Shown: positions 31,135 through 40,799, counted from the stretch's first letter. The stretch is 64,000 bases of DNA from Planctomycetota bacterium (GCA_050248855.1 JBFWRP010000002.1:1-64000); one strand, 5' to 3'. Numbers and translations: made by a program. Notes: a model not told the origin generated them from the letters alone.

Positions 31135-32999
31135 TGGCCGCCTGGCGCACCAAGGCACAGCAGCCGCCGGATGGCCGAGTTCGTCTCAGCCAGGTCGTTA
31201 CGACATTCGGCCCCGGCTCGCTCGTCGATCTGGTCGATCATGCCGTTCTCGTTGGAGGCTTGGACTTCTGGTCGTACCCACGCGATCGAGGCTACGTCGT
31301 CGTTCAGGAGCCCCGCCTTCGCGATGCGGTCGTCCAGTCCCTACACGAGGGCCATCCCAAACTCAGCGTGGATGCTGCCTTTCGGGAGCCGCCTGCGGGA
31401 GACGAGCAGGATCCTCGGAAGTCCTGTGGCATCCAGGTGCTCCAGTTCCCCACCTGGTTCGTCTGCCAGAACCCAACCTGCCGAGCGCTGAGGAAAGGGG
31501 ATGTCCTAGAGCCTAAGGGTGAGAGGTACAGACACTACTGCGATGACCGGAAGCCTACGGAGTGCGTGCCGGTGCGCTTCGTCGTGGCGTGCAAGCGGGG
31601 GCACCTTGCCGACTTCCCCTGGATTTGGTTTGCGCACGAAATGGGTGGAAGAGCAACGTGCGCTGCTCCGAACTTGCGGCTCGACGAGGGGACGACCGGA
31701 GACTTCTCCGAGATTAGTGTGCGATGTACATGCGGTGGCGCTGCGCTCTTGTCCAAGGCTCTGGCGCCGACTACGGGCATCCACTGCTTCGGACATCGTC
31801 CGTGGCTCGGGGCCGAGGGCAAGGAGGAGTGCGATGAACACGCACGCCTGCTCGTGCGTACCGCCAGCAACTCCTACTTCTCGCAGACGATGAGCGCTCT
31901 GAGCATCCCTGAGCCGGGACGCGAACTCCTCGACGCGGTCGAGAGGAACTGGGATGTCCTGCAAGCGGCAACCGCAGCGACGCTTCCGGCCTTCCGCACC
32001 ATTGCGAGGGTCCAGGTGGCGCTAGAGAAGTACCCCGACAATCAGCAGGTACTGCGCGTGATCGAGGCAAAGCGAGACAACGTCCCGGCGCCCAGGCTGC
32101 CCCTTCGCACGGCGGAGTTCCTCCAGTTCAATGCCCAGCCCCCCGAGGTACCTGGGGTACTTCCTCCGGCCCGCGTTCCGTTCTACGCGAGGTCACACGT
32201 CCCGGACGGCGGTCTCCCGGAGAAGATTTCGCGGATCGTCTTGGCGCATCGGTTGCGAGAAGTTCGAGTCCAGATCGGATTCACACGGATCTCGCCCGTC
32301 GTGCCGAACCTCGAAGGAGAGTACGAGGGAGGCGCTGACGATGACGCAGGTCCGAGGTATGCGCAACTTGGGCTGACGACGAAGTGGCTTCCGGCGACCG
32401 AAATCTACGGCGAGGGCGTGTTCCTCCAGTTGGACGAGGATGCGGTACGGGAGTGGGAGGACCGTCCCGTCGTCGAGGCTCGATCCGTTGACCTCAAGGA
32501 CGGCTACGAACGCTGGGCAGAGGAGCGGGGTATCAAGACGCCGTTCCCCGGCGCGAGGTACTACCTCCTGCATTCCCTCTCCCATCTGTTGATTTCTGCG
32601 GTGTCCCTGGAGTGCGGATACGCGGCCAGCGCCATCCGAGAGCGGATCTACTGCACCCCTCCGAATGCGACCACGCCGATGGCTGCGATCCTCCTCGCCA
32701 CGGGGAGCCCCGGGACCGAGGGGACCCTTGGCGGCCTCGTCGAGCAGGGACGCGTGATTCGCAGCCACTTGCGTCGAGCGTTTGACATGGGCGTGCTGTG
32801 CTCTAACGACCCCGTGTGCTCGGCGCACAGCCCCGCCGCGGACCATGAGGAACGGTACCTCGAAGGGGCCGCGTGCCATGGCTGCCTGTTCATCGCTGAG
32901 TGCTCGTGCGAGCGCTTCAACCAGTTCCTGGATCGATCCCTGGTCGTCCCCACGATCGGCAACCCGGCTGAATTGGCGTTCTTCCAGGCGCGGCCGTGA
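31134..32999 (+). CDS. drmB: DISARM DrmB (DUF1998)
   Basis: RLSQVVTTFGPGSLVD, LLHSLSHLLI...CGY...IRERIY and CSNDPVC...GAACHGC...SCE..N..LDR. TGATG overlap with drmA. Confidence 0.93.
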   Translation: MAAWRTKAQQPPDGRVRLSQVVTTFGPGSLVDLVDHAVLVGGLDFWSYPRDRGYVVVQEPRLRDAVVQSLHEGHPKLSVDAAFREPPAGDEQDPRKSCGIQVLQFPTWFVCQNPTCRALRKGDVLEPKGERYRHYCDDRKPTECVPVRFVVACKRGHLADFPWIWFAHEMGGRATCAAPNLRLDEGTTGDFSEISVRCTCGGAALLSKALAPTTGIHCFGHRPWLGAEGKEECDEHARLLVRTASNSYFSQTMSALSIPEPGRELLDAVERNWDVLQAATAATLPAFRTIARVQVALEKYPDNQQVLRVIEAKRDNVPAPRLPLRTAEFLQFNAQPPEVPGVLPPARVPFYARSHVPDGGLPEKISRIVLAHRLREVRVQIGFTRISPVVPNLEGEYEGGADDDAGPRYAQLGLTTKWLPATEIYGEGVFLQLDEDAVREWEDRPVVEARSVDLKDGYERWAEERGIKTPFPGARYYLLHSLSHLLISAVSLECGYAASAIRERIYCTPPNATTPMAAILLATGSPGTEGTLGGLVEQGRVIRSHLRRAFDMGVLCSNDPVCSAHSPAADHEERYLEGAACHGCLFIAECSCERFNQFLDRSLVVPTIGNPAELAFFQARP

Positions 33000-33760
33000 C
33001 CGGCGGCCCCGACCTCACCTCTGTGTCCTCATCGGACCTGCGAGCCCTACTCCGGGCTGTCCACGAGGGGAGGTTGCACACCCCGCTCGATACCACCGCC
33101 ATGCAGGCCGTCGGCCTCGGAGGGTTAGCCAGGACGCTGGGCGCGGCCGCATCGCTCGACCGCGTGCCGCTGGAGACTTTGCTCGCAGCCGTGATCGCGG
33201 AGCGTGAGGCTAGACCCACGAGAAGCCTCGACCTGGTTTGGACAGGCCCGGACCCGATCGGGAGCCGAACCCGGGACACCGCCGTGGTCGTACGCGAGAT
33301 GCTCGCCTCTGCGCAGGAGTCCGTCCTCGTGGCCGGGTTCCGCTTCAGCCACGGGGCTGAGATCCTACAGCCCCTCCATGCAGCCATGCGCGATCGCAGT
33401 GTCAGAGCCCAGGTCGTCCTCGATGCCCCCGTGCCGGACACTCCACCCGCGAACACCTCCGAGGCGGGTAGAGACTTGCATGCGGAGTTCCTGCGTGAGA
33501 ACTGGGCCTTCGGTAGTCCCGAGCCGGACATCTTCTTCGACCCTCGAACGCGGCAGCCCGGTGTGTTCGCCAGCATGCACGCCAAGTGCCTCGTGGTCGA
33601 TCGCCGGGAGGCCCTGATCACCTCAGCCAACTTCACGGCTCGGGGGCAGTCCAGGAACATCGAGGTTGGTGTTAGAGTTCTGAATGAGGAGTTCGCGACT
33701 CAACTGCACCGACAGTGGCAGGCGCTGATCGATGCAGCGCTGTTAGAACGAGCACGCTAG
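32996..33760 (+). CDS. drmC: DISARM phospholipase D-family nuclease DrmC
   Basis: LVWTGP and the HKD motif MHAKCLVVD...ITSANFT...NIEVG. Confidence 0.92.
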   Translation: MTGGPDLTSVSSSDLRALLRAVHEGRLHTPLDTTAMQAVGLGGLARTLGAAASLDRVPLETLLAAVIAEREARPTRSLDLVWTGPDPIGSRTRDTAVVVREMLASAQESVLVAGFRFSHGAEILQPLHAAMRDRSVRAQVVLDAPVPDTPPANTSEAGRDLHAEFLRENWAFGSPEPDIFFDPRTRQPGVFASMHAKCLVVDRREALITSANFTARGQSRNIEVGVRVLNEEFATQLHRQWQALIDAALLERAR

Positions 33761-33780
33761 GCGTGAGGAGGCAGGGCACG

Positions 33781-34443
33781 GTGGACATAGAGATGCGCGA
33801 TCGACCCAAGTTGGTGCAGGAATCCCTGGGGCAACGGCTGATAGATGCCGTCGCCGAGTTCGCCAGAACCGACATTCCCGACATCCCGACGCTGCTGCGG
33901 GACACGTTCTCCCACATTGGTGACCGCGACCTGCGCGTAAGACTGGCCGAGACACTCTACGGCGCTCGGTGGATCTACAAACTCGGCTTGACGCTGCTGA
34001 CGAAGGAGACGGAAAGGGCTGCACATGTAAGGGCCCAGGTCATCGACTACGCCGCGATCGCCGAGGCGGTCTTGGCTGAGGTTGTCCACTTCGCAATCTC
34101 GCAGGGGCGCCTTCGAGGGGACGCGCACGCCTATGACGACCCCGTCAGGAAGCGGAAGCCGATCGACTGGAGCGAAGGGAGTATCTCCGAGAAGATGAAG
34201 AAGAGATCCCTGTGGTGGTGCATCCAAGTTGCTCGCGCGAATGGAATGGTCTCGGAGGGTCTGTCGCGTGACCTTGATTGGCTCCGCGATCAGCGGAACC
34301 GTGTTCTCCATCTAAAGGCCGGTGAGACGACCGAGCGCGTCTTCCTCAATCATTCGAGCCGGGCCTTCCGGGTAGTCTGGCGTGTGACGGATGAGGCAGG
34401 AGCCTGGAAGCGCAAGACTGGTCGCCGGAGCCGTCAGACCTAG
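33781..34443 (+). CDS. Putative HEPN-domain RNase
   Basis: All-helical protein with the Rx4H motif LRDQRNRVLH; RBS gaggagg before GTG 33781. Confidence 0.6.
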   Translation: MDIEMRDRPKLVQESLGQRLIDAVAEFARTDIPDIPTLLRDTFSHIGDRDLRVRLAETLYGARWIYKLGLTLLTKETERAAHVRAQVIDYAAIAEAVLAEVVHFAISQGRLRGDAHAYDDPVRKRKPIDWSEGSISEKMKKRSLWWCIQVARANGMVSEGLSRDLDWLRDQRNRVLHLKAGETTERVFLNHSSRAFRVVWRVTDEAGAWKRKTGRRSRQT

Positions 34444-34474
34444 AGGCACGCCTACAGAAGAGAGGTCGGTTCTC

Positions 34475-35614
34475 GTGAGCCTTGATCTAGCACTCCTCGG
34501 CAAGAAGATCCGCCTCTATCGGGAGCAGTTCGAGGCGAGCATCTCGGATGTGGCCGAGCGGACCGGGCTGAACCATGGGGATCTGGCAGCCTTCGAGGCT
34601 GGGCGCAAGGAGCCCACGGGGGACGAACTTCTCATCCTTGCGGACTACTTCAAGTGCGACTACCGGTTCTTCGTCTCGAACGACGCCCCCGGCGCCTTCA
34701 AGCAGACGGACGTTCTCTTCAGGAAGCACGGTGACGTGCTGACCGGCGCTGACCGTTGGGCGATTCAGGAGTTCCTACACCTCTGCGAGATCGAGCAGTT
34801 CCTGTGGCAGGCGCTTGGCGTGAAGCCCGAGGTGTTCTACTTTGAGAAGCGAGGAACTTTCCTCAAGGCACATGCTGAGGATGCCGCCGAAGCACTGCGG
34901 AGGCATCTCGGGTACCAGCCCAATGCGATCCCTGACAACGTCTACGACGTGTTCCGTCGTTTCGGAATTCACGTGTTTCGGCGCCGCCTACAAGCGTCGA
35001 CCATCTCGGGTCTGTGTGTACACCATCCCGAAGCGGGGCCGTGTGTCTTGGTCAATTACTCAGAGGATGTGTTCAGGCAGCGGTTCACGGCGGCGCACGA
35101 GGCAGCGCATGCGTTCCTAGATGCTGATCAAGAGGTCGTGGTTTCGTACAAAAACTCCCGCGAACTCACTGAGACTCGTGCCAATGTGTTCGCGTCACGG
35201 TTCCTCCTCCCGCCAAGGACCTTGGCAGAGTTGCCCGATCCAGGTCGATGGGGACAGTCAGAAACGAAGAACTTCGCTGTGCGGCTTAAGGTGAGCACAC
35301 ACGCCCTTGCAATTGCACTGAAGGATGCGGGGTTGATCTCAGACGCCAAGCACCACCAACTGCGACGGGTCCGCATCCCACGGTCAGAAAAGGTAGACCC
35401 AGAGTTGCCTCCGGCCCTGGCGCAAGGGCCACGCCGCCGCAAGGAGGAGATGCTGATGCGCGGGTTGTCTGAGAACTACGTCGAACTCTGCTTCCGGGCC
35501 CACGAGGCGGGCGTCATCTCACAGGGGCGCCTGGCAGAGGCCCTGCTGGTCGATGCGACTACCTTGCCCCAAGTCGCCGCTCTCTATCGCCACAGAATCG
35601 TCTACGGGGAGTAG
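34475..35614 (+). CDS. XRE-HTH + ImmA/IrrE (COG2856) Zn-metallopeptidase
   Basis: N-terminal HTH (FEAGRKEPT...ILADYF) and RQRFTAAHEAAH (HExxH)...ETRANVFASRFLLP. Confidence 0.88.
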   Translation: MSLDLALLGKKIRLYREQFEASISDVAERTGLNHGDLAAFEAGRKEPTGDELLILADYFKCDYRFFVSNDAPGAFKQTDVLFRKHGDVLTGADRWAIQEFLHLCEIEQFLWQALGVKPEVFYFEKRGTFLKAHAEDAAEALRRHLGYQPNAIPDNVYDVFRRFGIHVFRRRLQASTISGLCVHHPEAGPCVLVNYSEDVFRQRFTAAHEAAHAFLDADQEVVVSYKNSRELTETRANVFASRFLLPPRTLAELPDPGRWGQSETKNFAVRLKVSTHALAIALKDAGLISDAKHHQLRRVRIPRSEKVDPELPPALAQGPRRRKEEMLMRGLSENYVELCFRAHEAGVISQGRLAEALLVDATTLPQVAALYRHRIVYGE

Positions 35615-35616
35615 CC

Positions 35617-36237
35617 GTGCCCGGTCTCCCGCCTATCGACCCGTCGTCCTTTCACCTTGGGAACATTGCGGACACCTGCGCCTTGTGGAACCTCCTGGCG
35701 AGCCAACTGCTCTACGCATCTGCACGCGGCGCAAACTGCGAGTTCTGGATCACCGAATACGTTCGATACGAGTGCTTGGTGAAGCCTCGCGGGACTCACT
35801 CCGACGAGCAGCGCGAACTCGCCCGGCGCCTCCTCGCGGAACTCGCCGAAGGGCGCATTCCCTTTGCCCATGTGTCAATAGCGGACCTCCAAGCGCCGGA
35901 CATGCTGAAGTTGCGAAGGAACTTGGGCAAAGGCGAGTTATCTGCACTGGCCTTCGCCCTCAAGACGAGGCAGGCATTGTTCACAGACGATCAGGGCATG
36001 CGCAAGGAGGTCCACCGCGTGTCAGTCTCGCCTCCTGCGCAGACGACTCCTGGGCTCCTGGGTTGGTTGGTGTTCATTGGCCATCTTCTCGATCAGGATG
36101 TCCCGCGAGTGATTGACGAGCACAGTTCACTCGGGCGACCGCTGAGGACCCAGTTCGCCATCATGCACATGCGCGGGCTGGAGTTTCGCGCTCGGGCCAG
36201 CGTGAGTGGGCGGGCCGACTCAGGGGACGGCCAGTGA
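35617..36237 (+). CDS. PIN-domain-like protein, probable toxin partner of the IrrE-like protein
   Basis: IADTCAL, ITEYVRYEC and LGKGELSALAFA...FTDDQ acidic PIN pattern. Confidence 0.72.
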   Translation: MPGLPPIDPSSFHLGNIADTCALWNLLASQLLYASARGANCEFWITEYVRYECLVKPRGTHSDEQRELARRLLAELAEGRIPFAHVSIADLQAPDMLKLRRNLGKGELSALAFALKTRQALFTDDQGMRKEVHRVSVSPPAQTTPGLLGWLVFIGHLLDQDVPRVIDEHSSLGRPLRTQFAIMHMRGLEFRARASVSGRADSGDGQ

Positions 36238-36773
36238 CCTCCCCTACCTTCCGCCTCCGCTTCGATCCCGCGGACATTGAGCAATGGGCCACCAGGTACT
36301 GTGAGGACAGCGCATACGCTGGCGAGGAGGCCCTCCTGGCAACGGTCCCGCCCAAGGTTCGACGGACGGGATTCATGACGAAGGGGGACCTGCTCGCTGT
36401 GGCGCTCTGGAAGTCGAAGCGGAGGGCCAAGCGCGATGTCCCCCGAAATGAGGAGGGGTTTGTTCGCGACGTAACGCGCATTGCCCTGTCCTGCTCGCAT
36501 GAGCGGCTACGGATCGACGTGCTCCGGGTACTGCACGGCGTGGAGTGGCCTACGGCATCGGTCATCCTCCACCTCTGCCACGAGGATCCCTACCCGATTC
36601 TCGACTTCAGGGCGCTCTGGTCCGCCTCGGCCCCCGAGACCACGTCCTACACGTTCCTGTTCTGGGAGGCGTACACAGCGTTCTGTCGAGGAGTGGCACA
36701 GGGTGCGGGCGTTTCGATGCGCCAACTTGACCGCGCCATGTGGCAGTACTCCAAGGAGCATCAGAAGACGTAG
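36234..36773 (+). CDS. HhH-GPD-like DNA glycosylase-fold protein
   Basis: WKSKR, LHGVEWPTASVILH (HhH), YPILDFRA (conserved Asp) and RQLDRAMW. GTGA overlap with the PIN gene. Confidence 0.65.
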   Translation: MTSPTFRLRFDPADIEQWATRYCEDSAYAGEEALLATVPPKVRRTGFMTKGDLLAVALWKSKRRAKRDVPRNEEGFVRDVTRIALSCSHERLRIDVLRVLHGVEWPTASVILHLCHEDPYPILDFRALWSASAPETTSYTFLFWEAYTAFCRGVAQGAGVSMRQLDRAMWQYSKEHQKT

Positions 36774-36785
36774 GGAGACTCGGAC

Positions 36786-37196
36786 ATGGGTGAACATTCG
36801 TGTGAGGTGTGCGGGGCTCCCCGGCACGAGTACGACTATGCCTGCACGTCGTGCAAGCGGATGCTCGATTGCGTGGACATGCGCGGAGGCTTCGACCGTG
36901 AGGCTCGGCTGGCCGCCATGAAGGTATCCTGGGACCCATCGCCGGGGGCATTCAGGTGCTACTACACAGGCGCTCGGCTAGTCCGGGACGATCACAGCGA
37001 CCCGATGTACACGACCTTCGAACACCATGCGCCCGGCGATGAAGCCAGCGTCGTCGTTTCCTGTGCGTTGGTGAACGCGATGAAGTCCGCCATGTCGGAG
37101 GACGAGTTCATCGAAGTAGTGCGGGCCTTGGCCAAGCGACTCGACGCCGAGCCGTTCGACGAGACTCTCATCGACGTGAAGCACTGGAAGCGATAG
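36786..37196 (+). CDS. Zn-finger / HNH-like endonuclease
   Basis: CxxC..CxxC N-terminus and CYYTG...TFEHH.P....VVVSCALVNAMK. Confidence 0.55.
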   Translation: MGEHSCEVCGAPRHEYDYACTSCKRMLDCVDMRGGFDREARLAAMKVSWDPSPGAFRCYYTGARLVRDDHSDPMYTTFEHHAPGDEASVVVSCALVNAMKSAMSEDEFIEVVRALAKRLDAEPFDETLIDVKHWKR

Positions 37197-37366
37197 TGGC
37201 GCCCCACAACCCCCGCTTCGACCGCCAGCCCGTCGCCCCCAAGAGCGGCCAGGAACCGTTCACCAAGGCGGGCAAGCCGATCGGCGCTTCGGCACGAGCA
37301 GGTTGGCTTCGACGGGGTACTAGCAGCGGTGCGCTTGGCGACGAGCCCGCCACGTGGAGGTGTGAG

Positions 37367-37678
37367 ATGAGGGAGGAACCATTCCGCTCGTGGCTGATGA
37401 ACACGTACAGGGGCGAGCGTACAGGAGCCCATCTCTCCAAACGTCCGGCCGGGGATGCTGTGTCCCGATGCAAGCGCGTTGAGAAGGCCCTACGCATTGA
37501 CCTCGATACCGCCTTGGTGATCGACGGGCAGGGCGACGGATTGATTCGCAGGGTCGAGGCGAGCGTGGCCCGCTTCAAGATCGAGGGTGACGAGGGCTCA
37601 GGGATGCGAAGCCTCCTCTCCGCCGTCCGCCTCTACGTGCTGTTCCGGGAGTGGGAGCGGGGCGTCTTCGGGAGGTAG
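37367..37678 (+). CDS. Small hypothetical helical protein
   Basis: RBS ggaggtg; FRSWL...SRCKRVEK...SLLSAVRLY. Confidence 0.55.
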   Translation: MREEPFRSWLMNTYRGERTGAHLSKRPAGDAVSRCKRVEKALRIDLDTALVIDGQGDGLIRRVEASVARFKIEGDEGSGMRSLLSAVRLYVLFREWERGVFGR

Positions 37679-37825
37679 GACTGCCGGGGCCTGTAAGGCA
37701 GGCAGACCGTCGCGTAGACTGACCGCCCCAGGGAGGCGGCCATGGCCCTACGACACTCTCACGCGGACTGGGGACGACGCGAGCACCGCCCGGCAAAGGC
37801 GGTGCAGGCCTGCTGGCGGCCCATC

Positions 37826-37978
37826 GTGATCGGCTACGTGCTCGTGCATGAGTTGGCGCACCTGAAGGAGAAGAACCACACGCCCGCGATCTGGGGGTTG
37901 GTCGAGCGCGCTCTGCCCGACTACGAGCGGACGAAGCAGTGGCTCGCCGAACGCGGCGGGGCGATGGTGGTGTTGTAG
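37826..37978 (+). pseudogene. C-terminal remnant of a YgjP/DUF45 (M48-like) metallopeptidase
   Basis: YVLVHELAHLKEKNHT.AIWGLVERALPDYE..KQWL, with no N-terminal part upstream. Confidence 0.75.
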
Positions 37979-37990
37979 GAGGGAATCGTC

Positions 37991-38332
37991 GTGGGTAGAG
38001 ATCCGCTATCCCTTGGAACACACGAGATCATTCGCCTGCTTGCGAGTCAGCGTCAAGCAGTGACGTACGAGGCGCTGTATACCTTTTCGGCAGTCGATGA
38101 CATCGGCGGAACGGTCCGCACGTTCATGAGTGGACTACCGATCAGCCAAGCGAATGCCTTCGTGGTTAGGCAGGACGACGGGCGCCCCTCGCCAACTGAG
38201 GTCTACGCCGCGAATGGTTTCCTGGCCGATTGGGAAGCCGTTGCCCGCGGACGCATCAGGACTTCTTCAGGTCTGAAGGAGTGGCTCAAGTCCAAGTGGT
38301 CCGAGGTGGAGCAGATGTTTGGAGAAACCTAG
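37991..38332 (+). CDS. Hypothetical protein
   Basis: 113-aa ORF with RBS aggagg and protein-like composition. Confidence 0.5.
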   Translation: MGRDPLSLGTHEIIRLLASQRQAVTYEALYTFSAVDDIGGTVRTFMSGLPISQANAFVVRQDDGRPSPTEVYAANGFLADWEAVARGRIRTSSGLKEWLKSKWSEVEQMFGET

Positions 38333-38619
38333 CCCTGGAAGCCATCACGGGGGCCAGAAAGTTTGCTACGCAAAATTCAGCAGCGCACAAGAGGGGTACC
38401 GGCGACCCCCTTTATCGCGGAGCAGAGAAACCGGCGTTCGCGTGAGATGGGACCCAGGGTGGGGCCCCCTTTTCAGAATTCGAGGGCCTCAACCTCCCAT
38501 AGTAAGGGGTCGGCCGAGCGGGACAGCCCAAGCATCTGCTGACGGCGACCTCGCGGCTCACGGGGAAGCGCGCATAGGGCTAGGGCCGACGACCGATGTG
38601 CCTACAGTCACGCCAAGTT

Positions 38620-38645
38620 CCTAACGGCTCGTTCGAACCGTTAGG
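38620..38645. promoter_or_regulatory. 26-bp dyad, candidate serine-recombinase binding/crossover site
   Basis: cctaacggctcg-TT-cgaaccgttagg: 12-bp arms with one mismatch around a 2-bp centre, just upstream of the recombinase RBS. Confidence 0.55.
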
Positions 38646-38658
38646 CCGGAGGAGCATC

Positions 38659-39363
38659 GTGACCAGGAGAAGGCGGCGCAAGCCGGGCAACCCTCAGGTC
38701 GCTGTCGCCATCGTCCGTGTGTCCACGGACCGGCAAGACACCTCGGCGCAGCGAACTGCCATTGACGCGTGGGCCAGGTCTGAGGGGGTGCAGATCGCCT
38801 CATGGCACGAGGATCACGGCGTCAGCGGGGCGGCGACGCTCGACAAGCGAACTGGCCTCATGGAGGCGCTGGACAGCGTCGCGAGCAGCGGGGCTGGCGT
38901 GCTCGTGGCCGCACGCTGGGACAGAGTCGCCCGAGATGTCGTCTTGGCCGCCATGATCGAGCGGTTGGCGGAGCGCAACGGGGCAGCAGTCGTGAGCGCA
39001 GATGGAGTTGGCGCGGGGAGCGGTCCCGAGTCCATGCTCGTGAAGGGCATGATGCAACTCTTGGCCCAGTACGAGCGTCTGCTGATCGGTCACCGAACTC
39101 GCGTCCGCCTCGCCGAGAAGCGCCGCAGGGGCGAGCGACTCGGTGGCGCTACCCCCCTTGGATACGTTGCGAATGGGAAGCACTTGGAACGAGCCCCTGG
39201 CGAGCAGCGTGCGATCACGCGGGCACGCGCTCTTCGCCGAGAGGGGCTCTCCTACGAGAGCATCGCGGGTCGCCTCGAAGCCGAAGGCTTTGCGGCGAGA
39301 GGTCGGCGCTGGTACGGGATGAGCGTGCGGCGAATGTTGGTGGCCAGTAGCCCAGAGGACTGA
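38659..39363 (+). CDS. Serine recombinase (resolvase family) with C-terminal DNA-binding domain
   Basis: VRVSTDRQ (catalytic Ser), DHGVSGA...RTGL, ARWDRVAR and AQYERLLIGHRT; RBS ggagga. Confidence 0.9.
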   Translation: MTRRRRRKPGNPQVAVAIVRVSTDRQDTSAQRTAIDAWARSEGVQIASWHEDHGVSGAATLDKRTGLMEALDSVASSGAGVLVAARWDRVARDVVLAAMIERLAERNGAAVVSADGVGAGSGPESMLVKGMMQLLAQYERLLIGHRTRVRLAEKRRRGERLGGATPLGYVANGKHLERAPGEQRAITRARALRREGLSYESIAGRLEAEGFAARGRRWYGMSVRRMLVASSPED

Positions 39364-39629
39364 TGCCACCCGCCTCGGGGATCTCGTGGCTCGCGTCGGA
39401 GAGCAGCCAGTACGAGGGAGCGAGTGGCACCAACACTCGTACACCTTTAGACGCCCATCCTAAGGATGTCTCACATCCGTATACCTTTGGCGCGGTCCAC
39501 GGAGCCCGCCAGGTTAGTGCCCGACCCCGACGCACCGATCGCGACGGCCTGCCCCGGCTTGGTTGCTGGTGCGGGCCGCACCTGGGGGCGGTAGGGTCCT
39601 GAGGGGCGAGCGATGAGTCCGGTTCGAGA

Positions 39630-40799
39630 CTACCCGTCCTGAGTGTTCAGCCCGGGGCCGAAGTACGTCTGCCAGGCGTCGAACGCTTCGTCGTCCTCTC
39701 CGTGGCTGATGTTTGCGATCATCTGGGCCTCATAGAGCGGATCCAAGAGCGAGTAGATAACGTCGCGGTCCAGTCTTGGCAGGTCGCGTGCGGCTTCTGA
39801 CGTGAGGACTTGGCCCGGGACGAGTCCGAAGCCGTGGTGGAGCGCCATGATCAGGTCGGGCATCGTCGCCGTTGCGAAATCCAAGTTCGGCGTCGAGAGC
39901 ACCCGCGTGACGGTCCCTCTCTCTCGGCGCCTGCGCTCCTCGACGCCGAAGGCGTTCATAAGTACCGAGTACGTGGGCAATGTTGGACCCTCGATCGGGA
40001 ACTCGCGGGATCGGTTCCGGATGCGCATGGAGGTCAGCACACCGAGGTCCGCAAGGCGCGGCCCCTCAATCCCCTCGGCGCGATTGTAGGTCGTTAACAC
40101 CTGGGTTCCGGGGAACAGGAGGACGCTGTGGTCCAGCCAGAGCACGCGCCGGAGGCCATCTCGCATGAGATCCTCCGGCCCAAGCCGGAGCCTGCCGCCT
40201 GTGTGCCGCGTGGCGTCCGCCATCGCCCACAGGCTGTTCCTCCCAAACCTGAGAAACCGTACTGCCAACAGTAGCGGCAGACCGAAGGCGCTGGCGAACT
40301 CCAGCCTCCTCCGGAGTGCGCCTCCTCTGATCGTGAACTCCGCCTTCTCGGTGGACTTGACCTCGATCAAGCATCGGAACCCCGCGGCATCCTCCCGCTT
40401 CTTGCGGCCGGGGAAACCAGCCTGAAAGCGGACGAGGAAGTCCGGCGCAATGGCTCGATTCCTGATCAAGGGGTTCTGGTCAAGGCGGACCATGTGCGTC
40501 GCAGTGCCGATGTTCCGGCAGATCAGTGCGAACTCATCCTCTTCGGAAAGTCCGGAGATTGCGCGGTCAATGGCCTCATGATGACTGGGGTCGGCCATCA
40601 AGGCCTTCAACTCGCCTAGCCTTTGGTCATCGAGCAACTCGGCGTCACGGACGGCCTTCACCGCCTTGGCGATCTCGATCTTCTTGTCCTGGGACAGCGG
40701 TTCGGTCGGAGGCTCCGGCGGCATCGACGGCCAATGGCAGCGCTTGAACTTCTCCTCGCTTCCGCACCAGCAGGGATCGTTGCGCCCGATCTTTGACAT
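39630..40799 (-). CDS. SEC-C Zn-motif protein with putative PD-(D/E)xK nuclease domain
   Basis: KIGRNDPCWCGSEEKFKRCH at the N-terminus; EDEF...APDFLVRF...LIEVKST. Confidence 0.7.
   Translation of the reverse strand: MSKIGRNDPCWCGSEEKFKRCHWPSMPPEPPTEPLSQDKKIEIAKAVKAVRDAELLDDQRLGELKALMADPSHHEAIDRAISGLSEEDEFALICRNIGTATHMVRLDQNPLIRNRAIAPDFLVRFQAGFPGRKKREDAAGFRCLIEVKSTEKAEFTIRGGALRRRLEFASAFGLPLLLAVRFLRFGRNSLWAMADATRHTGGRLRLGPEDLMRDGLRRVLWLDHSVLLFPGTQVLTTYNRAEGIEGPRLADLGVLTSMRIRNRSREFPIEGPTLPTYSVLMNAFGVEERRRRERGTVTRVLSTPNLDFATATMPDLIMALHHGFGLVPGQVLTSEAARDLPRLDRDVIYSLLDPLYEAQMIANISHGEDDEAFDAWQTYFGPGLNTQDG

Noticed and set aside
38543..38556. cggcgacctcgcgg matches 14 nt at the lambda cos end as I recall it
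   Set aside because: A short GC-rich match with no terminase or other packaging genes seen; chance is plausible.
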